A DNA stretch of 64,000 nt, taken from Botryllus schlosseri. Taxonomy: Eukaryota. A program made the translations under genes and the position numbers. Positions 25,001 through 37,000 of the stretch are shown here, piece after piece. The DNA is taken from contig CM119374.1 of assembly GCA_051294905.1 (NCBI GenBank), forward strand, positions 2,232,001 through 2,296,000. The letters run 5' to 3'. The notes under the pieces are model-generated. The model did not search any database. It was not told the DNA's origin and saw nothing but the letters and a program-made list of their open reading frames with translations. Numbering within the stretch: position 1 is the first letter of the stretch; the number at the start of each line of letters is the position of its first letter.

Positions 25001-28000
25001 CAGTGATACATAAGCTACTTTATTTGCGGCTCCGTGAATTTATCCACAAACACCCAGGTCAGCTGTCGATCAAGTGAACATCCGAGTGAATACCGAATAT
25101 CGAAGACCACTTCCAATCCATGTCTTTCCGATACAAAATGGACGTCACTTCCAAGCACATTATTGACCAGCGTTTGTCAGGAGCAAAGGCTTGGGAGATT
25201 GAAGAGTTTCAAGCCATCCGACATTTCTTTGGACCACTATAGTCTCGATGTTTCCCACAAATGCGACGGTTCAAGCCAATTTCTCGCAAAATCAAGTGGG
25301 AGAAGGGTCTCTGAAGGGCGTCTGTCACTGATTTTGGAGGGTATTCTCAAGGCCAAAGACTTTGTGATGAAAGTAGTGAGAAGTTAGATCAAGATCACTG
25401 ATGATGTCGATATGTTGGAGGACATGAATACATGATAATAACATATTTTCGATCATGTTTTTCAGTGATATTAGGGATAAAGACACCTTCATTTCTTATT
25501 TTTGGAGATTCTCCAAAAATAAAATTTGAAAACATCCAAAACTAAGCTATTTTTGTTATTTTTGGAGAAATCCAAAAATGAACAGGCCTGGCAATATGTG
25601 AACACTTCTGACCAGTTGCTCATAATGCTGCTGAAAATGAAATTCGACCTGCCAAGTGTTTTTTAGAGCAAAACTGTTCAGTCTGAGCCATACCTCAATC
25701 AATAACATATTTCTGACGTACTTGCATGTCATGCATGAGCTTTTTTCAAAGAATTTTTGAACCAAGTTCCATCGGTTGCCAAGCATTTGTGCACAACTCC
25801 TCAGAAGTTTCATGGGATTTCAAATTGACGCATGATTATAGACTGCACAGAATTTTTCATAGAAACCCCAAGAAAAGATCTTGATGCAGCTTGCTTAAGT
25901 TTCAGTAATTACAAAAAACGACTGACAGATAAATATCTAATTGGAGTAGCTCCCAATGGAGCAATAACTTTCATCAGTGATTGATACCCTGGAAGTACCA
26001 GTGACAAAATAATCCCCAAGCTTTCAGGAGTATTAAAACATTTCCAGGTCTGTATCAGCATTCGAATCATAGACAGACACATATCGTCTATTTAAGATAT
26101 TAAAGTTACAGGATTTCAGAATCAATCAAATGATTGTTTCATGAAATTTGAATCACCACTTGATGACAATAAGTCCAAGTCTGAAATAAGGTCAACTCCA
26201 GGCGTTCCATTGAATATTGTTTAGCTATTTAAACATTATAATCCGTAAGATTATATGATGATTCTTTATTACAGGTCGCGGGGATTTAGTTCTGGCAGAC
26301 AAAGGATTTGTCATACATGAATTGATGCCAAGCGGAGTTTCGTTGAATCTACCACCATTCCTAGCAGGAAAGAAGCAATTTACAGAGAATGAGGCAAAGT
26401 TCTGCAAAAAGAAAGCTTCTTGTAGAATACACGTCGACAGAGCGATAGAAAGAATCCGCAATTACAAAATTTTATGTATGATTACTTGCACGAAGAGACC
26501 TTTCGTAGATAAGCTGGTGAAACCACGTGGAGTTCTAGTAAATTTGCAGTCTCCAACCATTGAAGGAGTGTTAGAGCGATACCTAGAATCAAATACCCCA
26601 GTTTAGATTCAATGCAGAATTTCTCGTAATGCTTTGAATCATAATAGTTGTAGTGCCTGCAGTTTCAGCTGATATTTTGGAAACCGCAGATCTCTTTCGT
26701 TGATTGTGTCTTTCCTGAATGAACAAAGAAAGTTAGCTTATGAAATTGAGTATGAGTATATTCAGTCAGAATTAATGATAGCCAGATCAAGAAATTTTTT
26801 TTGAAGATGTGACGTGTGGCAAAAACCTATCCAGATAGAAATTGGTCAATTTTGGAAAGTTTTCTTCGCCCCAATTATTGTCCTTTGTTACTGTTATGAT
26901 TCGCATATCTTTTGTTGTCCACAGTAAAAAGTGACACCATAACGTCTTAGTAGCTACCATTCCCGCTTGAATTTGATGCCAATATTCGTGGTTTTTCATC
27001 AGTACACCGCACTGATCTAAGTATGTTGAAGTGTCTTTTTCTTGTTTCTCCGGCATGATTTGAATAAAAGTTTTGTTCCGGTGAGATCATGGACACCTAA
27101 TTTCTAATACTCCTCTCATTCCATCAGCAGTAAATATAATGCCACCGGGTGTGCACCCAAGATATCCACAAGGGAATATAAATAACCCAGCCTTCTCAAC
27201 AGTGTTGCCGATGAAGTCTTGATAAGCTTTGACCGCTGCAACCTCGTGCATCTGGCCCAACATTATCGCACTTTTGCACGATAAATTGTATTCGCCACAG
27301 AGGGTTTTAAATAAAGACTCGGGGTAAGAACCAGACAAACTATGCCCATCAAAGGCTTTGATGACCCTTCCAAAGTTACTTCCAGTCAATCTGTGACTGC
27401 ACAACCGACCCCATAATTGTGATTTGGATTGCAGCTTAGTTTTTTCAGCCACAGTAGCATTTTCATCAGCATCTACCCGGCACTTATGCAAGAATTCGTT
27501 CCTGTCTGCTTGCAATAGTGGGAACAGATCGGAAATACTTTCTGTTATTCTAGCGGATGATGCTAAGTGTGATGGGGGCTCAGGGCCAGCAATCCATTTC
27601 ATCGGGCACGTAGTCTCAGTTTTGAACAAATTCATTGGAAATATTTTATATCCTCCATCAGAGTAGGATCAATTACAATATTTTAATTCAATTACAATTA
27701 CAATTATAATTACTTCCTTGCATGTTTCAATTACATTACAATTACAATTACTCAATGATAAAAATATCAAATTACAATTACAATTACAATTACTGTTAAA
27801 AATGTAATTATTACAATTACAATTACTTTTAAACATGTAATTGATTCAGTAAAGAGGTGTTCATTGTCAACCGTAGCGATGTAACTAGCAACAATCTCAA
27901 GCTATTCATGTCCCATTCATGATATTTAGAATGCCCTTTAATTAAAAAAAGCACGAATGTATTCGAACTATTCCTAATCATGAGTACTTAAAACTACAAG

Positions 28001-31000
28001 CACAGACAAATGTTTCAAGCGACTGTTAAGAACCACAGGTTTGAGCGACTAACAGCGAATAGGCTACAGGACAGTCAATGAAATGTAATCAAACGATTAG
28101 GCTACTCAGAGCTGAGTCATTTGTCGAATGTTAACTGTGCAATGAGAGATATGATATTCTGTTTTTGCCTGCACCATCGAGATGCTTTGACGACGGAGTT
28201 GCGATACGGCCGTGAGGTCATCTAGTCAGGATAATGAAATGTAATTGGTAAGTCGTCAGCGATAAGGATGATACCGATAAGTCGCGTAAAAATAAATGCA
28301 AAAGGAAAGAACCTCCTGATAACTAAGAATTACAATATTTTGATTCGCATTTACATTTTCAGTTGCTCGAAAACTGTTAGATTGCATTTGATGAACATTA
28401 GGGTGCGAAAAGTTTCTGGTCCCAGTAAATTTGGTCAAGATTAGAGGTAAGATTAGGATAACATCTCTACAAATGCGTGATCAAGTTTGATGAAGACTTG
28501 GTTGGAAACTTGAAGTTTTTTTTGCTATTGTTGCAACAAGCCTCGGTACTGGTCAGAGATTTAAAAAACTTTGACCGTGGTGTAGGAAATGGTTCAGCAC
28601 AGGTTTCAGAAGAGTTTATTTGCTGTTCATCCTTTTTGAGATATTAAGATTTAGTTTAGCCCACTGGTTCTCTAACTTTTTTAGACACGCCCCCTTCATG
28701 ACAGTGAATATTTCGTGCCCCCTGCTTATCGTAATAGCACACAATGAAACTAGAAAGTTAGCAATCCTTACATATAGTTTGATGGTATGGAAGGTTATCA
28801 CTGTTGATGAGAGAATTCTCCAATACGAAATTTAGACTATACACCGAGCAATAACCATGAAACGGAGGTGAATCGGGCCAAAGGCGGAAAGGATTTCCGT
28901 TCACTGAACCGTCGCGCCCCGTTCAGATGCTTTCACGCCGCCCAATGGTGCACGCCCCCAGTTTGAGAACCACTGGTTTAGCCTATGTTGTAATTCACAA
29001 AGTTTTCTCTGTTGCTACTGAAGTATGGGAAACAGTTTAGCGTGACTGAATTATCTAGTTATAACGCAGCACGCATAGAACACCGATGTAAATAGGCTAA
29101 TGTGGTGACTGCTTACTAAGGCCTTAAGGCCCCTCGTCGTCATCCTGGTTCGTACCGGATTTTCACTGGTGCGACGAATAAATGATTGATTAAATGATTA
29201 TTTTATGTTGTGATTGTCAGGTTTCCATGAAAATGTAATTGAGCAAAATTTTGATCAAATTACAATTACAATTACAATTACACATAATAGAAATGCTACA
29301 ATTACAATTACATGAAAAAATGTAATTAATTACATTCATCTCAATTACAAATTACATTTGATCCAACTCTGTCCTGCATATCTAATTTTCTTGGCAAGGC
29401 ACTGTATAATGGTTTGGACGATGGAGAGAGAGAGAGAGAGAGTCTTTATTTTCATCCAACCAAAATACATAACACACGGCAGTGGTGGTGGTACAGAAAA
29501 TATGCATGCACAGTATTCGGTATTAGATAAGAATGATCGATAAGACCACGAAGGTCATCTAGTCTGATCACACCGGCATCAAACAGGTACACTTGACTCT
29601 AAACAGTTTGGCTGTAAAAAATGTTACGGTAGTTAATAAAATAACTCTTTCAGTGGTTAAATATTTTCTTTATGCGCTCTTCTTGGATGTTTAATCCATG
29701 AATTTCTGAGGTCCGTTTTCGACATACCATTTTTGTTTACGTATATGGCTACTGTTGTCATGTGACTGCAGATCCATTTGCCTCGTAGGCATTCACATGC
29801 CGCACTACTAATGCCGCCTGTCCCATCTATATTGACAATAACATTGTACTCTTTGTCCTTCCACGATGCCCTGATCTTTGCATTAATTCGGAACTCGTCT
29901 ATTTTCAATGAAACCACATGAGTTGATTTAATCTTCAGTTCAGCCTTTCCAATCACGCCCAGATCTTCAGAAAAGAAGGATAATGCTCCTGCTAGGATGA
30001 TAATCTCCGTATCAATGAATTACTATAATATCTATCAATGTGACACTGCGACAAATCAGAAGTGATATATTGGGTAATATCACGATAAATGAACAGCAGA
30101 TTTATCCTGACGGCAACTGGAACTTCATATTACTATAAAATAGCCTCAAAATGTTTTGTTTACATCCCTATTCCCTACTGTAGCATGGCATTACGCAGCC
30201 TATAGCTTACCTGACGACGCCGTAATCAGTAGTTACTAAGGACAACACTTATTGAACAATCAGAAGCTAGGTAGCGTACTTCCGGTTTCAGTCCGTATAT
30301 CCTGAAGTCCCCAATGTAACAATGGCAACAATAACAAACAATAGGCCTTGCCAATTAAATAATGGTAGATTCAAACAGTTTGTAATGAAACAATGATCTG
30401 CCAGTAAACATTTCGTCATTATAGTTTTGAGCGCAAGAAGGGGTTTCACTTAAATGTTGACCGATCGACGAAGCGTATGCCTTATATTCGTTATAAGAGT
30501 CAGTCTTTGCAGCTAATTTGCTTTGGCATGCGAACTACGTCAGGTCATTTATGCAAGTTTTTGGGCGCATCAATTTGGGGATGTGTTGCGTTATCCGTTC
30601 AAACAATCTTTATGATGTACGTCCTACATACCTGCTATCACAAAGACACTTGTACCGTAAACAGTGGTGCTCTATATATTACCACTGTTTATGGTACCAT
30701 ATTCTACATGAGTACATTTATTTTCACGGTTATTCGAAAAAAATGTAAATTTAGTAGTACTGACCCTCATCAAATCAAATTATTCTCTTTTAATGGGTGT
30801 AGAAATTTATTGAGCGACCGCTGGTTATGGTATCATGTTCTGCCTGGGTGTATTTGGTTCAACTTTGTCAAGTTTCACATTTTATTATGTATTTGGCGAA
30901 AAGTTGCCGACGTGCGTGTATAAATGTGGGCCATACAAGCTGTAATTAGATCGATATTCCTTACTTGATTCCCAATTGATAGTAAATAAATCTGTACTTC

Positions 31001-34000
31001 AGTCATCTTCCCAAATCTTGTGTAGGAAAATAAGGTATAGTCATCATCATCGAATTACGTAGGTCTTATTTCACTGGATAAACTGAAGTGAAAGTGAAAC
31101 TTGATCCGACGTATGAGGAACGTACATACAAAACATTCAACGCAAGTATGCTAGGTATTGATTTTGAAATTGAATTGCCTATAAAAACATGCATATATCG
31201 CATTGATTTGATCAAATCTATTGCACTAAAATTGGCAAGTTCTTCCGCATAAGTGGAATGGCTTTGCATTCACACTATACCTCACCTCTGACTATGGTCA
31301 ATACACGATCGTGAAGCCAACGTAACCGATAAATGTTAACTACAAACAATCAGATTGAAGGAAGTTTGCTTCAACACCCACCAATAAATACGTTTTGACA
31401 CTGTTCAGCCGTGATATGCTACGAAGTACCAGAGTTTCGGAATGGTGAAGTTGCTCCTGGATGCGTTGGCGGTAGTAACTTCAATACCTCGTGTAACATT
31501 ACATGCAATGACGGATACACTATGCGCGGCATTGCAAGGGCGACGTGCGTTGACGTCAATCAAACCGACGATACCAATGTCTCTGGAGTGTGGGAATACG
31601 GTGATAGTGAATGCACACGTATGTCGATAATGTATTTGCAAATCTTAGCCTGGTAATATTTCATGTAAATGTAATCGGTTTACATTACAGCAAAGAAGAT
31701 CAAATAATAGGTAAATATCTGCAAGCGGCCATTCCCAACCTGGGCAACAAACTTTGGAACCACCACATTTTCAAATCTTCTGAAATTTGGTACTCGCTTC
31801 GATGAGTAAATGCTGAACACAATAAACTTTATTTAAGGAAAATTGAACTCCGTGGTCAAAAGTTATATCATTTTGAAAAATTGACATTTTCTGCTCATTG
31901 TAGTTATTATGCCCGTAGAGATATTTCTTCCTTCCAGGTTGTTGAGCACTCCAAATCAATCCTCGACCTTCATATTTTGTGGTACTATAATATGCTGTGC
32001 CTATGACTGACCATGACCATCATATGATTCCGGTTTATTACAGTAACCTGCTCAACCCTGTTGAACTGCTATATACCGTTCACCCCACAATATTTCGTGT
32101 ATTCATCAGTGAAGCGAAAATACATCACCAACTGTGTATTGTGAATCAGTAGACATACAGGCATATCATTATTGTAATTCGAGAATTCGAGGTAACAGGT
32201 CAATCTTCCTGAGATATGGTGGACTCATTATGTTAAGTATACACGATAAATAAAATCGCTCAACATCCAACTGACTGGCTGGATGGTAAGTAGGCTATAT
32301 CACGATTCACGAATGCATACAATTATTGTGTTTAATATTGTCACTGCGTAATCTAATCCTTCACAAATACACGACCATTTATCGTTCTCGTAGTTTTATG
32401 GCCAAAGCAATTTAAATATGGATCAGTTGAAAATCCATGAGATCTTTTGATCAAGTATGAAATACAAATCGTTAACTCATGTATCAGATTTTATGCTTTA
32501 AAGTTGTCGCTTGGTAACTGTTGATTCCTCTGTCCCCAGAAAGCAGTATTGAGATGACTCGAGTCATGATTTGACTCGAGTCCGACGCGAGTAAACTTTT
32601 TCATATGACTTGACTTGACCCGAGTCACTTTGCAAACATGACTTGTCTTGACCCAGCGCTTCATAAATGTGGATTGACTCGTGACTCGGCGCAAACTTTA
32701 CCGGTCAATTTCAAGTCCTGAAGTAAGCGGTGTCGAATAAATCACCCTATCTTATGTATGTTCGGATTGCTCGCGATGCGCCGGTGTCACTTGTGAAAGC
32801 AACCAGTCATTCACAGATTGTACGTTCCACTGATCCTCCATTTTTACAACACAAATAATTTTATCGGCAGTTACGGAGAATAATGACCATAGTAGTCGAC
32901 AAAACACCATTAATACCACAGAACGAACAGCTCATTGCACAGTGCTCACATTTACCGACCCTATTGTATGTTTTAAATCGCACGAATATAGTTTATGCGT
33001 TTATATTCTCAGCGATGTGTAGATTGATAGTGAATCGTACAATATCAATTTGTGTCAACTTCTCGAGACGATAGCATCAGTCGATTATTGAAATCGCATC
33101 GGACACCTGACTAATGTATTTTAGCGATTGGTTGCGAAATTGCATTCAAGTATTTTTGTGGTATGCAGCGGACAAATTTAATGCATCGTGCTCTATACGT
33201 AATCTGTACAATTGGAAAATACTTAGATAGGAATTCTGAAGTCGACCTCCCAATAACCAATTTGTTAAAATTAGGGATTACCATCGGTTATGCCGATTCT
33301 CAGTACATGATTTTAATTTGAATCAGTAAGCAGCGATCTGTTCAATGATTCCAGTTTGAGTACGCATCAGCAAATAGCTTACTGTGTTAATGTGTAAAAT
33401 TTGCCTTCTTCACATTTTTGTTGGCAAGACATCAACAGAATTTACTGTTGTTCCAATCATTTCACTAGCAGCTCAAAATTTATGATATGTAATTAAGATG
33501 CTCCGTTTTGGTGATCGTCTGTTTTCCAGAAACGCATTGATACTAACAAACTTGCTGAAGTTGCACATCTATCTACCTTCAAACTCGTGATTGGAAAGAG
33601 ACATTTCAGTTTTAACTTTGTTGAATGTTTTTGGGTAAATCCGTTCAAAATGCGTGCACCTCGAGGTTGGGTGAATTATTTTTAAAGGAAGTTTAGTAGT
33701 AACGAGATTTTTACAACGCGTAAGTCAATATTTTGATAACGTTTCATGAGCATTTCGCACAGCACCATGCCAATTTATATTATGTTCAATCAATCATGTT
33801 TTCTTGCAGCATCTTCATGTGATGAAAGTTGTCATTTTGAATGCATGGACAATCGCACTTGTCTATGCATAGATCAAATATGCACTGAAGGTTTGTTTGA
33901 ACCATTACTTTGAGTATGTTTGCATAACATAAAACGTACATATTTATTCATTTCGCCAGCGATGGGTGACTTACTGTTTAAAAGTAATTCCAAATGAGTG

Positions 34001-37000
34001 AAAGATTACATAGGATTTGAATTTGATAGACAATACTCTTTTCAAAAATGAGTAATGACTTGACTTGACACGACTCGAGTAAATTTGTGTATTGTACTGG
34101 TACACGAGTACGCGCGCATGACTCAGACCAACTCATATGACTCGATGCAGGCCCAACAAGACAGACATTTACTGGTAATGTCGAAGAATAGTAAAGTTAT
34201 AACGCAAATATTATTTCTTCTATTAGTACTGTTTCTTGAAAATACTACCAAAAAACTGTTTAAAAGTGAGAAAACTTATTATAATATGAATGCAAAGCTT
34301 TCGATATCACGAAGCAGGGTGGCAATAAGTGGGTTTCACATGACATTAATTCGGAACTGAACAGTCAACTCAATGACTTGGACTCGGACTCGAGTCAAAA
34401 CATTATGACTCGGAATCGAAACTCTACTCCGTGACTTGGACGTGGACGTGGGTCGGTGATCGATAGAAAACGATTCGATGTAACTCGAGACAAAACTATG
34501 AAAGGGAGATTGACTTGTTACTCGGAACCTTGTCACTTGATTACAACCATGCTTTTTGCTATCACCTGACATCTTAGGAATGCCATAGTTTGAAGTTCAA
34601 TTTACGATTATAAATGAAACAATAGTCCTGTAGAATTTTCGGTCAACCTAGAAAAAATTCTTATAAAGACGTATTATATACCGTTGGGAAGATAATTTTA
34701 TCGGCTTTTCAATGATGGGTTTTGTCACTTTTTTTACTTTGGGGAAAAAAAGTTATGACAAAAAACGTGCCAGGGGATAAAGCACTGTTTTGCCTAACAT
34801 TAAAATACAATTATAAGCTGAAATACGATACCTTCGTACCAGAATACAACACCATAAATTGGAATATCACCCCCAGCAAAGCAAACTAACAATCGAACAG
34901 CAAAACAACGAAACATAACTTTATGTAAGAGGTATTTATCATACGCTGAAATACGATACCTTCGTACCAGAATACAACACCATAAATTGGAATATCACCC
35001 CCAGTAAAGCAAACTAACAATCGAACAGCAAAACAACGAAACATAACTTTATGTAAGAGGTATTTATCATACGTTAAGGGGGCAAAAGTTGACCGAAACG
35101 GAGATAACACTGGTTTACAAATTTCGAACAAAAATTAGGGTAAAAAATTTCAATGATTGATTTAGGCTAATTTATGGTTGCTGAATCCGATTCTGTGCTA
35201 ATAATTTCTCCATCACGTCAGATTTTTTCCGTAACAATTTTTCTCATTTTCATAAATTAATCAAATTTCAGCTTTCGTTAGTGACATAACGGTTAGCATA
35301 CAATATCAAAAATTCAAATATTGGTATTGAAATCATCTATCTTGAAACATGGGTTGTTGTAATGCAGAATGAGTGAGTTTTCGGTGAACTTGGCTACAGT
35401 GATTCTCTATAATCGTTCAATCAGAAACTCTTTTCGACCCATAAAATTACACTGGTAAACAAATTCAAAAACCCACACCAAATACCATATTGGAACAGAG
35501 GCAGAGATGTTTTTAAATGGTGTCGAGGCATTTTGTTTGTGTTTTGCAACATTAAACGCCAATTCTATATGCAAAAAGCTTTACATTTTTGGCGGTTTCT
35601 TATTTGCCGTAATATTTTAATATGAACTTGAGCAGTGATTTTCAACCTTTTTGTGTTCGCGGACCCCTTTTGGACCGTCACGGACCCCCCTCACGAAGTT
35701 CAAGTTCGAATTTAGCTCAGTTATCGTACAATCGTCATCTGTCATGTGCAAATGATAACTGTAGGCTAGTGATAAACAGCAACAAAATTATTTTTCTTGA
35801 AAATAAGAGCATTCAATGTATGCAGAAATTAGGTTGACTTTTATTATTTCAAAGCTAATTATTTAACTGTATTTTTTGAAATACGTGGTCGTGTCTTCAA
35901 AATCTGCGCCTTCGATTTCATATCAACGAGTGCTGAAAATCCATTTAGACAAAGAAAGGTGGTGGCGAATGTGATAATAGGGCATAAAGCTTCCGACGAC
36001 ACATTTGGGTATGATCGCAACAATGATGACACCAAAATTGACAAACGATTTTTTTATTGAACATATAACGTCAAGCCTGTTAATTTATATCTAGCAGCTC
36101 AGCTTGGAGTTATTAAGGAAAATGGTTATGTAGGCCTATATCACAAGCAAAAACGGATTTTTGCGAACATTACGAAGTCTTCATGATTGACTTTACTAAT
36201 CCAAATATTTATTTTTTACACAATGCCCAACAAAACACGTATATACAGCCAAATATTTGTATCAATGGGCTATTGGCAATTTAGCAACTAAAATGAGTCC
36301 ACACAGCAGGATATTCCATCCATCTCAGACGGCCTTCCTGTTGATGTGAGTTCTACTGTAATGAAGCAAAACTGCAGCCTCGTGATTTTCCTAATTTTAA
36401 ATATATATATTAGGTTATCAACTATTTTGTAAATTTAGAGGCTTCGCAGACCCCCGGTTGAGAACCACTGAACTTGAGATTGTAAAAGTGATTGGTGTTG
36501 CTAAAGGTAGCACAAGTAACGCCCTATATTTTCTACTCAATTAACAGTATAAGCAGTAATTTCTAAGACACGTGAGAACTACTTCAAGTGGCAAAAATAT
36601 CAAAGTATATTTGGTCGGGGGGAGGGTGGTTGCATACTTTCGACAGTTAGTCGGAGGTGGCTACATACGAAATCGCAACATGTATCTTCTCGGCTAACGC
36701 AAAATGTTTATAATAACACAATACCCATGCATTGGTAGAATATTCGAAAATATATTCAGTTACCGTGCTTTAGGGGCTGTTAAGGCTACTATATTTAAGA
36801 AATCATATGCAGTCAACATCGTCGCGGAGCGGAGCTTTGTTTGGAATAAATTCGTGTTAAAATGAATAACTGGGTGCAGTACCAAATTCAATATGGGCAG
36901 ATATCTCCATGACATTCCCATGTTGATTTACTATAGTCACACAAAGCACTAAAACAAAACCCAATACATTTAATTTCCCGTATTGCCAATCACACATGGG

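Larger units (their letters stand above)
26787..30010 (-). pseudogene. SWIM zinc finger + YqaJ (lambda-exonuclease-like) gene of the ISL2EU element (disrupted)
   Basis: CECLRGKWICSH (SWIM); HRLTGSNFG, HEVAA, GCTPGG, LEIRCP, YWHQIQ (YqaJ); 5' end approximate. Confidence 0.85.
7594..30296. mobile_element. ISL2EU-type (PIF/Harbinger-related) DNA transposon, expanded by nested insertions
   Basis: 19-bp TIR acgg(g/a)ctgaaaccggaagt at both ends, flanked by AT; encloses a THAP-HTH-DDE_Tnp_4 gene (+) and a convergent SWIM-YqaJ gene (-). Confidence 0.85.

Noticed and set aside
32080-32115. Second hammerhead-like motif on the minus strand (CTGATGA-atacac-GAAA-tatt)
   Set aside because: No stem II closing pair and no adjacent stem I; probably chance or degenerate
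32040-32150. Possible third Sushi exon starting VTCSTL
   Set aside because: Lacks the Sushi Cys/Trp pattern and hits a stop with no suitable donor
32544-34551. hAT ends flanking the 81-nt Cys-rich exon, suggesting exon capture
   Set aside because: Flanks (ccagaaag vs ctttttgc) give no TSD; more likely two independent fragments
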